Source: Chiloscyllium plagiosum
Taxonomy: Eukaryota
DNA: 60,531 bases
Reading direction: 5' to 3'
Assembly: GCF_004010195.1 (NCBI RefSeq)
Contig: NC_057719.1
Location: forward strand, 61,403,551 to 61,464,081
The notes beneath the pieces are model-generated. The model saw nothing but the letters and a program-made list of their open reading frames with translations, was not told the origin of the DNA and ran no database searches. Position numbers and translations under genes: made by a program. This document shows, piece after piece, positions 1-13,822 of the stretch (position 1 is its first letter; each line of letters begins with the position of its first letter).

Positions 1-227
1 GGGACACCTAAACCATTTGTGTGGTTGGATGTAATTTCATTATTGAAGCCAAATTATACATGTAAGTCACTAAGCTCATTATGCCAGCAGAAAATGCAAC
101 AGGACTGCCATTACATAAAGGCTGTTTACATCTCTTAAAGGAATTGTGCACCTTTTAATTGCTCAGCATTGGAAACTTGTTCCTCTGCCTGAGAAGTAAC
201 TAACAACAACTGGAGCACACACCTTTT

Positions 228-1850
228 TTAATGTTCACTCATGAGACGTGAACACCATTGGCTGGCCAGTAATTAGTTGACTGTCCTTCGCTGTCCATCA
301 CAAGATGGTGGTTAGCTGCCTTCTTGAACCATTGCAGTCCACACGTTGTAAGTTGACCCACAATGTCTTTAGGAAGGGAATTCTAGTATTTTAACTCAGC
401 AATACTAAAGGAATGACAATGTATTTCCAAGTCAGGATGGTGAATGGCTTAGAGGGGAACTTGCCAGTATTCCCATGTATCTACTGCTCCTGTCATTTTG
501 ATGGAAGTGGCCATGGGATATGAAGATGCTGTCTAAGGACCCTTGGTGAGTTTCTGCAGTGCCACTTGCTGCTACTACTGGACATTGGCAGTGGAGACAG
601 TGGACACTTGTGATGTGGAACCAATCAAGTAGGCTGCTTTGTCCTGGATGGTGTCAAGCTTCTTGAATGTTTCTGCAGCTGCACCCATCTGGGCAAGGGA
701 GAGTATTCTATCGACTCATGTCTTGTGCCTCTTAGTTGGTGGACAGGATTTGAGGAGGAAGGATGTGAATTACTTGCCACAGTATTTGGAGCATCTCATG
801 TGCTCTTGTAGCCACTGTGCTTATGTGGCAAGTCCACTTAGTTGAGTTTCTGGTCAATAGTAACCCCAATGATGTTGATAGTCAGGGAATTAGTGATGGT
901 ATCATTGTTGAATTTCAAAGGACATCTATTAGATTGTCTTTTATTGAGATGGTTATTGCTTAGTATTTGTGTGGTATGCATGTGACTTGCCATTAAGTCA
1001 GCCCGAGCCTGGATATTATCCAGAACTTGTTGCACTTGAAAATGGACTGCTTGAGTACCTGGAGAGTCACAAACGGTGCTAAACATTTTGAAATTATCAG
1101 TGAATATCGCCACTTCTCACTTTACAATGGAGGGAAGGTCATTGACAAAGCTGCTGAAGATGACTGGCCCAAGACATGACCCTGAGTACCTCCTGCAAAG
1201 ATGTCTTGGAGCTGATAGAGCTGATTGACCTCTATCCAGCAAAGAGTTTGCCCCGATACCCATTGATTCCAGTTTTGCTTGGTCAAATGCAGCCTTGATA
1301 TCAAGGGCTGTCACTTTCATGTCACTGCTGGAATTCAGCTGTTCTATCCAGGTAATGAGGTCAAGAACTGAGTGTCCCTGGCAGAACCCGAACTGGGTGT
1401 CAGTGAACAGGTTATTGCTGTGCAAGTGTTGCTTGATAGCACTGATGATGACATCTTCCCTCATTTACTGATGATCAAAAGTAGACTGATGGGGCAGGAA
1501 TTGGCTGGGTTGGAGTTATCCTACTTTTTGTGTGTACAAGACACACCTGGACAATTTTTAACATTGTCAGGTAGATGCCAGAGTTGTAATCGTACTGGAT
1601 GAGATTGGTTAAGTGATTGCAAGTTCTGAAGCACAAGTCTTCAGGACTAGAATGTTGTCAGGGCTCATAACCTTTGTAGTATACAGTGTCTCAAACTGTT
1701 TCCTGACATAAAGTAGAGTGAATCAAATTGGCTATAGACTGATATCAGTAATGCTGGGATTACTGGAGTTGCCAAGATGTATCATCCACTTGGCATTTCT
1801 TGCTTAAGATTGCTACAAATGCTTCAGCCTAATCTTTTGAAAACAGTGCT
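228..1850 (-). mobile_element. Decayed CR1/L2-group LINE ('family B'), 3' portion with RT remnants
   Basis: ORF fragments contain QFGF..GHS, TALDIKAAFD, GSCLGP and a degenerate FADD motif (IFTDN). The 3' end resembles the ends at 38040, 23500-23580 and 52812. Confidence 0.8.
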
Positions 1851-2139
1851 GAGGAGTTATTGGTAGAGCAGAATGGAATATCTTTTCCCATATAATGGCT
1901 CCTGCATACCAAGCAAACCCTGGTCGCAGTGGAGAGAAGAGTGCACCATCAGTTTTGCACCCAGGTCATGGTAGTAGTATCACAAAGAAATTTAGCAGTA
2001 GAAGAAAACGATGCAAAAGTGAATTTTTTATTCACATCTCTCTTACAATTTGCATAGGTCTACTAACCTACTACAGCAACAGCACTGCCAAGTCTTCCCT
2101 ACTGCCTTTCCAAATTTCTTCATTCAAGAACAGAAGCAT

Positions 2140-5100
2140 AGGTCATAGAGTCAAAGAGATGTACAGCATGGAAACAGACCATTCGGTCTAATTCATCCAT
2201 GCCGACCAGATATCACAAACTAACCTAGTCCCATTTGCCAGCAGTTGATCCATATACCTGTAAACCCTTCCTAGTCATACACCCATCAAGATACCCTTTA
2301 ATTGTTGTAATTGTGCCAGCTCCTTTGGCAGCTCATTCCATACATGCACCACCCCGTGTGAAAACGTTGCCTCTTAGGTCACTTCTAAACTTTTCCCCTC
2401 TCATCCTACTACTGCCATAGAATCACTCTATGGACTCCTCCAACACATGAAAAGTCCTTGTCTATTATCCTATGTTTTTATAAACCTCTAAAAGGCCACC
2501 CCTCAGTCTCTGATACTCCAGGGAAAACAGCCCCAGCCTAATCAACCTCCCCCTATAGCTCAAACCCTACAATTTAACAAGCCTTGTAAATTTTTCTGAA
2601 CCCTTTCAAGTTTCACAACATCCTTCCAATAGCAGGGAGGACAGAGTTGCACACAATATTCCAAAAGTGGCCGAACTAATTCCCCGTACAGCCGCAACAT
2701 GATCTCCCAACTCCAGTACTCAATACTCTGACCAATAAAAGCAAGCATACTAAATGTCTTCTTCACTATCCTATCCACCTGATACTCCACTTTCAAGGAA
2801 CTATGAACCTGCTCTTCAAGGTCTTTTTGTTCAGCAACAATCCCCAGATCTTACCATTAAGTGTATACGTCTTGCCCTAATTTGCCTTTCCAAAATTTAG
2901 CACCTCACATTTATCTAAATTAAACTCCATCTGCCACTCCTCAGCCCACTGGCTAATCTGATAAAGATTCCATTGTACTCTGAAGAAACCTTCTTTGCTG
3001 TCCACCACACTTCCAATTTTGATGTCATCTGCAAATTTACTAACTATACCTCCTATGTTCACATCCAAATCATTTATATAAATGACAAAAAGCAGTGAAC
3101 CCAGCACGATCCTTGTGGCACACCACTGGTCACAGGCCTCCAATCTGAAAAGTAACCCTCCACCACCACGCTCTCTCTTCTACCTTCAAGCCAGTTCTTT
3201 ATCGAAATGGCTAGTTCTCCCTGTATTCTGTGTGATCTAACCTTGCTAACCAGTCTACCATGAGGAACCTTGTCGAACACCTTACTGAAGTCCATATAGA
3301 TTATGTCCACCGCTCTGCCCTCATCAATCCTCATTGTTGCTCCTTCGGAAAACTCAATCAGGTTAGCATGAAATGATTTCTAACGCACAAAGCTATGTCT
3401 TTGCCTTTCCAAATACATGTAAATCCAGTCCCTCAGGACTCCCTCCAACAACTTGCCCACCATCAATATGAGGCTTACCAGTCTATAGTTCCCTGGCTTT
3501 TCCTTATCACCTTTCTTAAACAGTGGCACCATGTTAGTCAACCTCCAGTCTTCTGGCACCTCACCGATCGATGATACAAATATCTCAGCATGGGGCCCAG
3601 TAATCACACCACTAGCTTCCCACAGAGTTCTAGGGTACACCTGATCAGATCCCGGGGATTTATTCACCTTTATGCATTTTAAAACATCCAGCACCTGCTC
3701 CTCTGCAGTATGGACATTTTTCAAGATGTCACAATCTATTTCCCCAGATTCTATATTTTACATGTCCTTCCTCACAGTAAACACTGATGCAAAATATTTG
3801 TTTAATATATCCCCCATTTCCTGTGGTCCCACACATTGGCTGCCTTGCTGATTTTTGAGGGGCCCTATTCTCCCCCAAGTTACCCTTTTGTCTTTCATAT
3901 ATTTGTAAAAACCTTTGGATTCTCCTTGACCCTTTGTGCCAAAGTTATCTCTTGTCCCCTTTTTATCTCATGTCCCTTCCTGATTTCCTTCTTAAGTATA
4001 CTCCTATTGCCTTTATACTCTTCTCAGGGTTCATTTGATCTGTGCTGTCTACACTTGACATATGCTTCCTTTTTTTTATCAAAACCTCAATTCTTGTCAT
4101 CAAGCATTCCCCCCTACACTTACCAGCCTTGTTTTTCACCCTAACAGGAACATACTGTCCCTGGACTCTAATTATCTCATTTCTGAAGGCTTCCCATTTT
4201 CCAGCCATCCATTTACCTCTGAAAATCTGCCCCTGATCAACTTTTGAAACTTCTTTCCTAATTCCATCAAACTTAGCCTTCCTCCAATTGAGAACATTAA
4301 CTTTTAGACCTGGCCTATCCTTTTCCACCACCATTTTAAAATGAATAGAATTATGGTCACTGGTCCCAAAGTGCTACTCCACTAATACTTCAGTCACTTG
4401 CCCTGCCTTATTTCCCAACAGTAGGTCAAGTTTTGTACCTTCTCTGGCAAGTACATCTGCATACTGAATCAGAACATTTTCTTGTAGACACTGAATAAAT
4501 CATTTTCCATCTAAACCCTTAACACTATGGCAGTCCCAGTCTATGTTTGGAAAGTGAAAACCCTTACCATAACCACCATATTACAGATAACTGAGATCTC
4601 CTTACAAATTTGTTTCTCAATTTCCCCAGATATCTGAGTTCTCCTCACAAGTTTGCTTCTCAATTTCCCGCTGACTCTTGGAGGGATCTATGGTACAATC
4701 CTAATAAGATGATCATCCCTTTCTTATTTCTCAGTTCCACCCAAATAACCTCACTCAACGTACTCCAAGGAATATCTTCACTAAGCACAGCCGTAATCTT
4801 TATCCCTTATCAAACATGCAACTCACCCTCCTCTCTTTCCACCCTTTCTATCCTTCCTATACCATTTGTACCCTGAAACATTAAGCTGCCAGTCCTGTCC
4901 ATCCCTGCACCACGTTTCTGTAATTGCTATGATAGCCCAGTTCCATGTTCCTAACCATGGCCTGAGTTCATCTGCCTTCCCTGTTAGGCCTCTTGCATTG
5001 AAATAAATGCAGTTTAATTTATCAGTCCTACTTCATTCTCTGCTTTGTTCTTGCCTGCCCTGACTGTTTGACTTGCTTATTTTCCCAACTTGCTTATTGC

Positions 5101-6470
5101 ACCAGTCTCAGATTGATCTCTTTCCTCACTATCTCCCTAAGTCCCAACCTCAACCCCTTCGTAGTTTAAACCCTCCCGAGCAGCTCTAGCAAATCTCCTT
5201 GCCAGTATATTAGTCCCTTTCCAATTCAGGTGCAATTCGTCTTTCTTAAACAGTTCACTTCTACCTCAGAAGAGATTATAATTATCCAAAAATGTGTACC
5301 CTTCTCCTCTGCACTTGCTCCTCAGCCAGGCATTCATCTGCTCTATCCTCCTATTCATACCCTGACTTGCTTGTAGCACCAGGAGTAATCCAAATATTAC
5401 CACCTTCAAGGGCCTCCTTTTTAAATTCATGCATAACTTCTTATTTTCTCCCTTCAGAATGTCATTGTTCTCCCTTCCATTAAACGTTAGTTCCAATGTG
5501 TGCAACAACCTCCTGCTGGTTCCTTTCCCTTTTGGGAATATTTTGCACTCTCTCCAAGATATCCTTGACCCTGACACCAGGGAGGCAACACATCATTCTG
5601 ATTTCTTGCTGTCGGTCGCAGAAACATCTGTGTGTGCCTCCGATTGAGAGTCCCCTATCACAATCGATCACTTAGAACCCGACGTACCCCTTATTACACT
5701 AGAGCCAGTCTTGATACCAGAAACTTGTCTGTTCGTGCTACATTCCCCTGAGAGTCCAGCACCCCATAATTTTTCCAAAACAGCATACTTGCTTGTGATG
5801 GGGATAGCCACACAAGACTCCTGCACTATCTGCCTCCCTCTCCTACCTTTCCTGGAGGTAACCCATCTACCTGACTGTATCTGTGGTTTTTCTCCCTTCC
5901 GATAACTGCCATCCATCACACCCCCTAGCTCCTGTAAATTCCTCACTGCCTCTAACTACCGCTCTTACTGATCCATGCAATCTGATAGGATTTGCAACTA
6001 AGCATACTTACTGCAGACATAAGCATCAGTAACATGGAAAATCTCCCTAATCTCCCACATCTACAGACCCAGAAAATAGCTTCTTACTGCTCTAAAAAAT
6101 ACTGCTCCAGGCTAACTTAGTATCTATGTTTTATATTTTTAAAATGTAATCAAGAGACAGGTCTCAATAAAACATATAATCACAAAAGAACCCACTCTAC
6201 TCACGATTGTAGATTTTTTAAAAAAGAAAAACAGTAAGGTTAAACCTAAAACTATGCACTTAGCTGCTCCAAGATCAGCTGTGAATTTTGGTAATTGTTA
6301 ATTCTTCTTAGGCGCACTCTGATGTCCAGAGGTACTTAAACTCAAAAAGCAAAGGCAGTAGCTGTGCAGATTCACTGCTGTGTCAGCCAGCAGTGTAGAT
6401 TTATTTCTTGTTTGATACATTGACCATGTGGTCTCTGCCTTTGTCTCTCTTCCTCCTCTTTAAAGCACCT
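2140..6470 (-). mobile_element. Near full-length decayed CR1 (HER1-like) LINE: ORF1 esterase-like, APE endonuclease, RT, 3' tail
   Basis: RT motifs YMDFSKVFDKVPH, GVPQGS, KFADD, PGNYRLVSL. ORF1 SGNH-like CCLPGVRV...VVAHIGTN at 5480-5671. The 3' tail is (CTATGACT)-like at about 2140. Many frameshifts; the 5' boundary is approximate. Confidence 0.9.
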
Positions 6471-7084
6471 TTACTTTGAATTTTTTCTCCCCAAGGTTCC
6501 AAATGCACCAGCTTATTAGGTAATTAGGTAAGCTGCACACACAGGATAAGCTAATGTAGAACAAATTGTAGGTTACACAAGAATTAGAAGAGATCTATTA
6601 TCTATTTAATTTGTCTGAGGGCAATCTTAGATACTTCCTCTGCCATCAACTATGAAGATGAAGAACAAAGAAGTCCAAACTATTGAAGAAGGATATGAGT
6701 TGTATCTTACAAACACTGGAATGTATTAAATTGATACCTAAAGAGCTTTGGAAGCGTGTTGGCTAATGGGGAGGTGTCCACAGCAAAACTGGAATACTGA
6801 TCTGTAGCATTTATGTTCTACAGATACCTGTAGACTATATTGTTTTATGAAATGATGCTGCATGTGAGACCTTCATGCAGAAATGAATCTAACCGTCATT
6901 TACTTCTAGCCTCTGACTTCTTTGACCTACCTGTACTACAACACTGCATTTGTCATCTGAACTAGGTTGGCTCTGAGTCCCTGTACATGATTTTGATCAA
7001 TTTCAGTCTCCCTAGAAATTGGTTTCCAATTTCAGTTTCAGTCTTAGCTTCCTCAGGAACTGAGAGTATCAGTTCCCTCTGTAG

Positions 7085-7317
7085 TGTAATGATATAATGA
7101 GGTCAGCCAGCTGGTCTCATACAAAATGAATTCCCTGACTGGGGCTGTTAATCTGGACCAATTAGGGAGCCCTGGCTGACATAAAAAGGTTGACTGTCAG
7201 GGATACTGACACTCTGGTGTCTGACTTTATATGATCCAACACTATAGTCAAGAACTGTTTATGTTTACATAAAGAGTGACTTGGTGATGGGATTCTGGCC
7301 CCTGTACACATATTTAA
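7085..7317 (+). mobile_element. Solo LTR (about 230 bp)
   Basis: Starts TGTAATG and is homologous along its length to 53029-53421 (gaggtcagccag...ccctga..ggggctgtta...tgacttggtgatgggat). Flanks tgtag/tctag look like a 5-bp TSD with one mismatch. Confidence 0.6.
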
Positions 7318-7439
7318 TCTAGGTTGCCCTTTTCAATGAAAATTACTAGTTTTGGAACAACAAATTCCATTTCATTATAGAAGAACTTGCAGTTAGTTAT
7401 GCACAATCTCTTTTTTAATTTAACCTATTTTTTATGATC

Positions 7440-7540
7440 AAATCGTTCAGAGATGTTATCCACACCTCTAGAGCAGATGGAATTTGAATCCGGGCCTCCT
7501 GATTCAGGAGGAGGGATGCTACCATTCTGCCACAAGTGGG
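7440..7540 (-). mobile_element. Short tRNA-derived SINE head fragment
   Basis: Minus strand reads gtggcagaatggtagc...ggattcaaattcc, i.e. A-box- and B-box-like motifs with tRNA spacing. Confidence 0.5.
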
Positions 7541-9567
7541 GCCTATTATACTCTATCTTTGTTTTGCTTCTCTTTCTTTCACTTCCACTCAGAACTTACT
7601 ATTTTCAGTATGGTTCTTGTTTGTTTAATGTACCTGATACCTGTCATAAATACCCCTTTCTCTGCTTACTCTGTCTCTTCTGTCATCTAGGGAGCTTTCA
7701 CTTTATTTGCCTTATGTTTCTCCCCTGTAGTAATGTACCCAAACATCTCTAATTGCTCTTGAACAATCTTGCCTACTATTATTTGATTCCACCTTACCTG
7801 GACCAGAACCATTGTCATGTCAGTAAAATTCACCTATCTCTAGTTAATTATTTTGGCTCTGAATTGCTTTTTGTTGTTTTCTAAAGCTCACTTAAATATT
7901 TTATGAACACAGTCCCTGAAATGTTTTCCTCATGACTCTTGATCCACTTGATCCAACACATTCCTTTGAACCAACTCAAACAATACCTTTTTGTTCATTG
8001 GTTTACATATCATATCATCTAGACAATTCTCCAGAGCAAAATTCAGAAATTGTTCCCCTTTTCTGCCCTTTTTACTGTCATAATCCTAGTGGAAAAATTA
8101 GAAAAATGACTGCTAACAATTATGATATGACCAGACCCTGGGTGAGATTCCTCAATTTGTTTTGTTTCCAGACAAGGTAACTCAAACTGTAAAGCTTCTG
8201 GATGAGGAGGTTTCAATTGGCTCCTCTTCGTTATTCAACCACATCCTCAGTTGGTTGTAATATGATTAATTTAGAATTCCCTTGTGTACCATTCTCTTGT
8301 GTGTACCATTTTCCATAGACCACATGAACTTATGTTTTAAAAGGAGCCAATTAACCACGTTTTCCATAGTTAACAAATTAATTACTAAATGTGAGAAGAA
8401 TTTACAATGCAACACACAGAGAAATAAGAGATAAGCCCAAAAGATTAGAAATAAGAGATGACCCCAAAAAGGTTTAAAAAAAAACTTTTGGAAAAAGTCT
8501 GAATTGTTAACATAGAACAGGTATTTGTATATTGGAAATATTGCAGTAAAGGGTTACAGATAGCTTTGACATTAGGAGTTGAAGAGTCAATTTCACAATT
8601 GTCAGCTTTGCAGATTGATTGAGATTCTGTAATTCTAATTACTTTTGAACATGATTGAATATCAACAATCAGGGTGAGACAGTCCTTTTGTTGTCCTACT
8701 TCCTTTTGCCTGGCAGCTAGCTAGCTGACTTATGGCACCTAGAGTCAGAGAAGGTATTTTCCTGCAGCACAGGGATGACAAAGGAAAAGTTCTCAAACTG
8801 CAACCTTCACAGCATGCTAATGCTTGATCCCAGGCTGTTACACACAAGATGTTCGGTCCCACTAGTACACTCCAGTAGAACTGAACCTGTCTTTTTAATG
8901 CCTATCCTTGTGAATTCGACAAAGACAAAAATGTAAAATGTATCTGTTTGAGGCAAAATTTGCAGGGAGTGGCTTACAGTTGACATAATCATCCACTCGT
9001 CATCTCTCTAGACACAAACTATTCCAGTCCAATCTGTTTTGACCTGCCTCTTTCTCTCTTTGAATGTCCCTTTGCATCTGTAGGTCTGACATTTGGTGGG
9101 TCTCTCTTTCTAGACAGCCATTTAGTTTGCACCCACAATCTTTTTTGACTATATTAGCTCGCTTTAAGAAAAAACAAATTTTGGAATTACAAGTTTAAAA
9201 TGTTCATTGTACTTCAGGTGTACTCTACCCAAGGTCATGACCTACTAAATAATGTTTGTACCTATGACTTAATTTCCTTGTAATTTTTTTTCTGTATGCT
9301 TCACATTACCATAGTGGCCTACAAAATGCACTCAATACTGTAATATTATTCCCTCACTCTAAGCAAATAGATTCTGTTGTTAACCCTTCTAGAAATCCTC
9401 TTTCTCCTACGCTGTAACATTCTCCTGAATCAATATTGCTAGTGCTCCAATTTACGTTCCTTCCCTACCTTTCACATACACCTTTTATTGATTAGTACCC
9501 AATCCTATCCTTTTACAACCTGATCACCAAACATCATATTTCCACTTAGTTTCCACTGTGCCACCGT

Positions 9568-9890
9568 GGGCGGCACGGTGGCACAGTGGTTAGCACTGCT
9601 GCCTCACAGCGCCTGAGACCCGGGTTCAATTCCCGCCTCAGGCGACTGACTGTGTGGAGTTTGCACGTTCTCCCCGTGTCTGCGTGGGTTTCCTCCGGGT
9701 GCTCCGGTTTCTTCCCACAGTCCAAAAGATGTGCAGGGTCAGGTGAATTGGCCATGCTAAATTGCCCGTAGTGTTAGGTAAAGGGTAAATGTAGGGGTAT
9801 GGGTGGGTTTCGCTTCGGCGGGTCGGTGTGGACTTGTTGGGCCGAAGGGCCTGTTTCCACACTGTAATGTAATCTAATCTAATCTAAAAA
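9568..9890 (+). mobile_element. HE1-type tRNA-derived SINE, young copy
   Basis: A box tggcacagtgg, B box ggttcaattcc, CR1-like 3' end gggccgaagggcctgtttcc, (AATCT)n tail. CpGs are intact and it is nearly identical to 29072-29397. Confidence 0.92.
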
Positions 9891-11895
9891 TTATCTGCGC
9901 TTCCACATATTATACATTCATCTACATGCATTGGAAATGTAATTTCAATGATTTTACATTCCCTCCTGATTGCCAGCAAAAGGGTGACTATACCTAAATG
10001 TATGGATACATTGCCTTGAAATTACAATGTGTAATATTAACATCATTACATTTGTATGACACAGGCATTTAATAATTTGCTTCAAAATTGATTATTAAAA
10101 TATCACCAAATTTTATATATGTTAATTGTAAAATTATGCCTCATTTGTGACAAGGAAATGTAATGTGACAGGTAAATACTTAGAAGTATTTATTTTGCCC
10201 TATATGTAGGTTAAAACAAGAAATTGGTTCTACATTGTTAATTTAGTATTCAATTATCATTAATTATAATAACAGATTTTCACAAAAAAATCTCAATCTA
10301 GAAAGCACAAATCTGTACCATTGAAACTAATCAAAGTGAAGATTCTTAGTTTGGTTCAAGAAGTAGGTTAGTCCTTTTTTTTTGATTTCTCACTTTATTC
10401 ATGACAAAAAAAGGTCTCTTCATAATGACCAGACAATGATTGTAAATCTAATATAAAGGCAAATTTAACAATTGTTTAGATATGTTGTACATCTACAGTG
10501 ATGAATTTTTATTAGGTTGGATTTTATGATCTGCATGCTGATAAAGGAAACACTAATGACTAACTTGGTTTGTTATTATATGGTAAAAGCACAAGCGTTA
10601 GTTCAATCAATCAGTTTAATCAAATAAAACATTACTATTATGCTGACCTTGCATTTTATAGCAATCAAGTAATAAATAACTACAGTAGCTACTTTAACAA
10701 GCTTCTATGTTTTATCAATAATATACTGCTATAATGAAACACGATAATAAATGTTGATGACATTTTGTAGCAGCTGTTTGTACGCATTATCTATAGATGT
10801 ATAAATAAAATTTCTACTTGCTATCAGATATTAGAAATTTTTTAAATGTATGTAAATGAGCTGGTCACAACAGCAGAGCACAGTAAAATAGTGAAATGCT
10901 TAGGATTTTATATTTAGTTCAATCATAATCTAACATCAATATATTTGTATCTGATAAACTGAATAAACTGCCATACCTGATGTGTGTTGGCATGCTTATT
11001 TTCAGATGCTTATATTCTTGAAGATTCCTTTCACTAGGCTGTCATGATATGCTTTATTTTCAGGTAGTACCAAAAGAACAGTGGCATAGTAAATCTAACT
11101 TGAAGTCATCAGTTAGCTACACTTCCAAACAAGACAGAGTTAAACTCAGTGAGCCTCTAGAAGCAATTGCATTTTAAATCACAATGGATTGAATATCTGG
11201 CTGATTCCACCAAATAGAAAAATAGAATTGCTAAAGACCTCTTGGCAGTCAGAAGGAATGTAGTTCCTGCTTCAATCAATTCTCTCAGAGTGTTGAAAAA
11301 ATTGTAAAAGTTATAAACCCAAATTGTTGCACGTTCTTCAAAACTAAAATTCTTCAAATCTGCAGCATTATTTAATTCACGCATAAAGCAGAAACTTGTA
11401 GGGAAGGTTTTTGTCTTGTGCATTGCGTAGTGGTAAACCCGTTTACAACAAATAACACACAGTGGAACTCTTCCCCATTATTTTTCTTTTTGCAGTAGAT
11501 TAAATTAAATTAATGTATTTCTTAAGTTTACATTAAACTGTACCACCTGGTGTACTAAAGCTCCACTAAACTCAGTGCCAAAACCAAAAGCATAAATAAA
11601 CTGTATTTACCACAGCCTGTTATATAATTGAGAACTCCAACTCTCAAAGGCTGTAATCATGCATTACATAAAAACAGAGGCCTTGTTAGACATTATACCA
11701 TACTTAACTGATTTGCTACTTGGTTGTAAAAAGTTATTTTATTCTGCAGCATGATGTTGGTTGTTGTTGGCTAACATCGAATTGTTCATCATTTGATCAT
11801 TTCTGATTTATCTATGCTAATTTCTCTTGTTAGCAATGATTCTCTCATTAATGAACATTTTTTTCTGCTATTCCCTAACAGTTCATTCACTTTGT

Positions 11896-12211
11896 GGGCG
11901 GCACGGTGGCACAGTGGTTAGCACTGCTGCCTCGCAGCGCCAGAGACCCGGGTTCAATTCCCGACTCAGGCGACTGACTGTGTGGAGTTTGCACGTTCTC
12001 CCCGTGTCTGCGTGGGTTTCCTCCGGGGGCTCCGGTTTCCTCCCACAGTCCAAAGATGTGCAAGTCAGGTGAATTGGCCATGCTAAATTGCCCGTAGTGT
12101 TAGGTAAAGGGGTAAATGTAGGGGTATGGGTGGGTTACGCTTCGGCGGGTCGGTGTGGACTTGTTGGGCCGAAGGGCCTGTTTCCACACTGTAAGTAATC
12201 TAATCTAATCT
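11896..12211 (+). mobile_element. HE1-type SINE, young copy (second subfamily)
   Basis: Same structure as 9568. Diagnostic differences are tccaaagatgtgcaagtc and a gtaagtaatct tail. Confidence 0.92.
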
Positions 12212-12449
12212 TATGTCCTATGTACTTCACTATGCTACACTGTTCCCATCCAGCATTCATTTTACACAATCTCATTTAATTTGCTGGTTCTGGAAGGATA
12301 TTAAATGGTAACAATGTTTCAGCTGTTCTGAATTTATGAAAATGTAGCAGTAATACTGAGTAGAATGCAACTTAATCGTGGTTTCTAATAACAGAAATGT
12401 TTTGCCTTCAATGGATGCAAAACGTGAGGATCCTATAATGATATATTTT

Positions 12450-13822
12450 ACATATGCATACAATGAACATTGCAGAGATCAAAAGCTAATATCTCAGTAG
12501 TTTGATATCCTATGTACTATAACATCAAACCTTGAACTAGAAGACCCAAATTTGAATACAGTCTTGGTTCTCGATTCACAACTGGGTCTTCCTGTAGGAG
12601 TCCAGTTTACTGTTTTAGACAAGTTCTCTGGGTGAGAAAGACTGTTAAAGAAGCATGTCATTCTGTATTGCTAAGGCAAGCTTTCTTGTGTACTGAACAA
12701 AGAGCACTACTGATGGCATCTGTGCTGCTGCTTGAAGATAGATAGCTGGGACAAGCATGAATTGGAGGAAAGATAATTTTTAAAAACATTTTCCCTGCTC
12801 CTTCTTTAGTCTGGTTATACAATGAATGTTTTTACTTCTATTTTTTTTTGCATTTTATACACTGCCCTATAAATAGGTAATAGAGAAGTTTAATTGAGAA
12901 TTGAATGCATGTTTGAGAGGCTGGGCAAAGGAAGGTCATGTATATCAGTTGAATCGACTGCAGTATCTTTTCAATTTTTGTAATTTCCTATGTTCCTATC
13001 TTTTAATCACATATAGATGACAGGTGTTAAATTCTTACCTTTTCTTTTCCTAGTTGTTTTTGCAGTCTGTTCTGCCACTGGACAGTTTGCATTATTATGG
13101 CTTCCCATCTTCTCTCCAAGTTTACAATAATAAGTTGCATTGACTGACGATCTGCTTCTGAACAGCTGGCATCTGTGTCATCGATGAGACGTTGGCATAA
13201 TCGTAATACAGATGTTATGCCACGTCGGCGTTGTTTAATCTCAGTACACAGTGACTAAAAGCAAATCATTATAATTAGTGTCAATTTTAATATTGAACAA
13301 TTTAGTTCAGAATGCTTAAAACAATTTCACATAACAAAAATGATTAGAAAGTTTTGCACACTAACACTCATCCAATAAATTGCTGCTTCTCAAATCTATT
13401 TTTCCTGCTGACCCCATATTTTTACACTTCACACCTTGTACCACCCCAAAGTGAAATTGTTGGGGTGAGGGGAGAATTAGGGAGAACTGTTGACTGGAGT
13501 AGGAGTTCAAACAGCAGGGATATAAGCATAAAAATACTAAGACATCTACCAGTTTGGACCTTCTGTTGGTGTCATTGATTGGGATTGTGTCAGAACACAG
13601 TAGATTAGGCAATGGCCACAGGCACAAACATTTCCCAAATTGAAAGGGGTATTGTAGTCAATCCTATGATTTTTAAACCTGACTCCCTGTTTAATTGTGT
13701 TAATAGATTTCATATTTGTACACAATGAACATTGCAGAGATCCAAAGCTCATATCTATATGTCTTAAGACCCTACAATATCTGACATTGAATAAGGAGAC
13801 ACAAATTTGAATTATGGTCTGG
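12450..13822 (+). repeat. Direct repeat pair (about 12450-12567 and 13710-13822) flanking the 216-nt exon
   Basis: acaatgaacattgcagagatc[a/c]aaagct[a/c]atatct at 12460-12494 and 13722-13756 (33/35 identical). Weaker similarity continues to agac[c/a]caaatttgaat. Confidence 0.75.
13039..13254 (-). CDS. AKAP6: AKAP6 next coding exon, 216 nt, phase 0-0 (not in the ORF track)
   Basis: Hand translation: SLCTEIKQRRRGITSVLRLCQRLIDDTDASCSEADRQSMQLIIVNLERRWEAIIMQTVQWQNRLQKQLGKEK. This matches recalled human SLCREIKQRRRGVASILRLCQHLLDDRETCNLNADHQPMQLIIVNLERRWEAIVMQAVQWQTRLQKKMGKES, which directly follows the previous exon peptide. Acceptor is tgatttgcttttag; donor is AAG|gtaaga. Confidence 0.95.

Noticed and set aside
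8076..9241. Possible solo LTR (tgtcataatcc...ggtcatgacc)
   Set aside because: Termini imperfect, no TSD or second copy seen; insufficient support.
9568..9640. tRNA gene
   Set aside because: A/B boxes belong to a SINE head followed by SINE body and LINE-derived tail.
9546..9862. Repeated short ORFs (MVSTAASQR.., MANSPDP..) seen in several places
   Set aside because: Chance frames within HE1 SINE copies, not proteins.
11157..11423. 88-aa minus ORF
   Set aside because: No recognisable family or splice context; length is compatible with chance.
1..13038. Large downstream AKAP6 exon
   Set aside because: No long non-TE minus-strand ORF is present, so it must lie beyond position 1.
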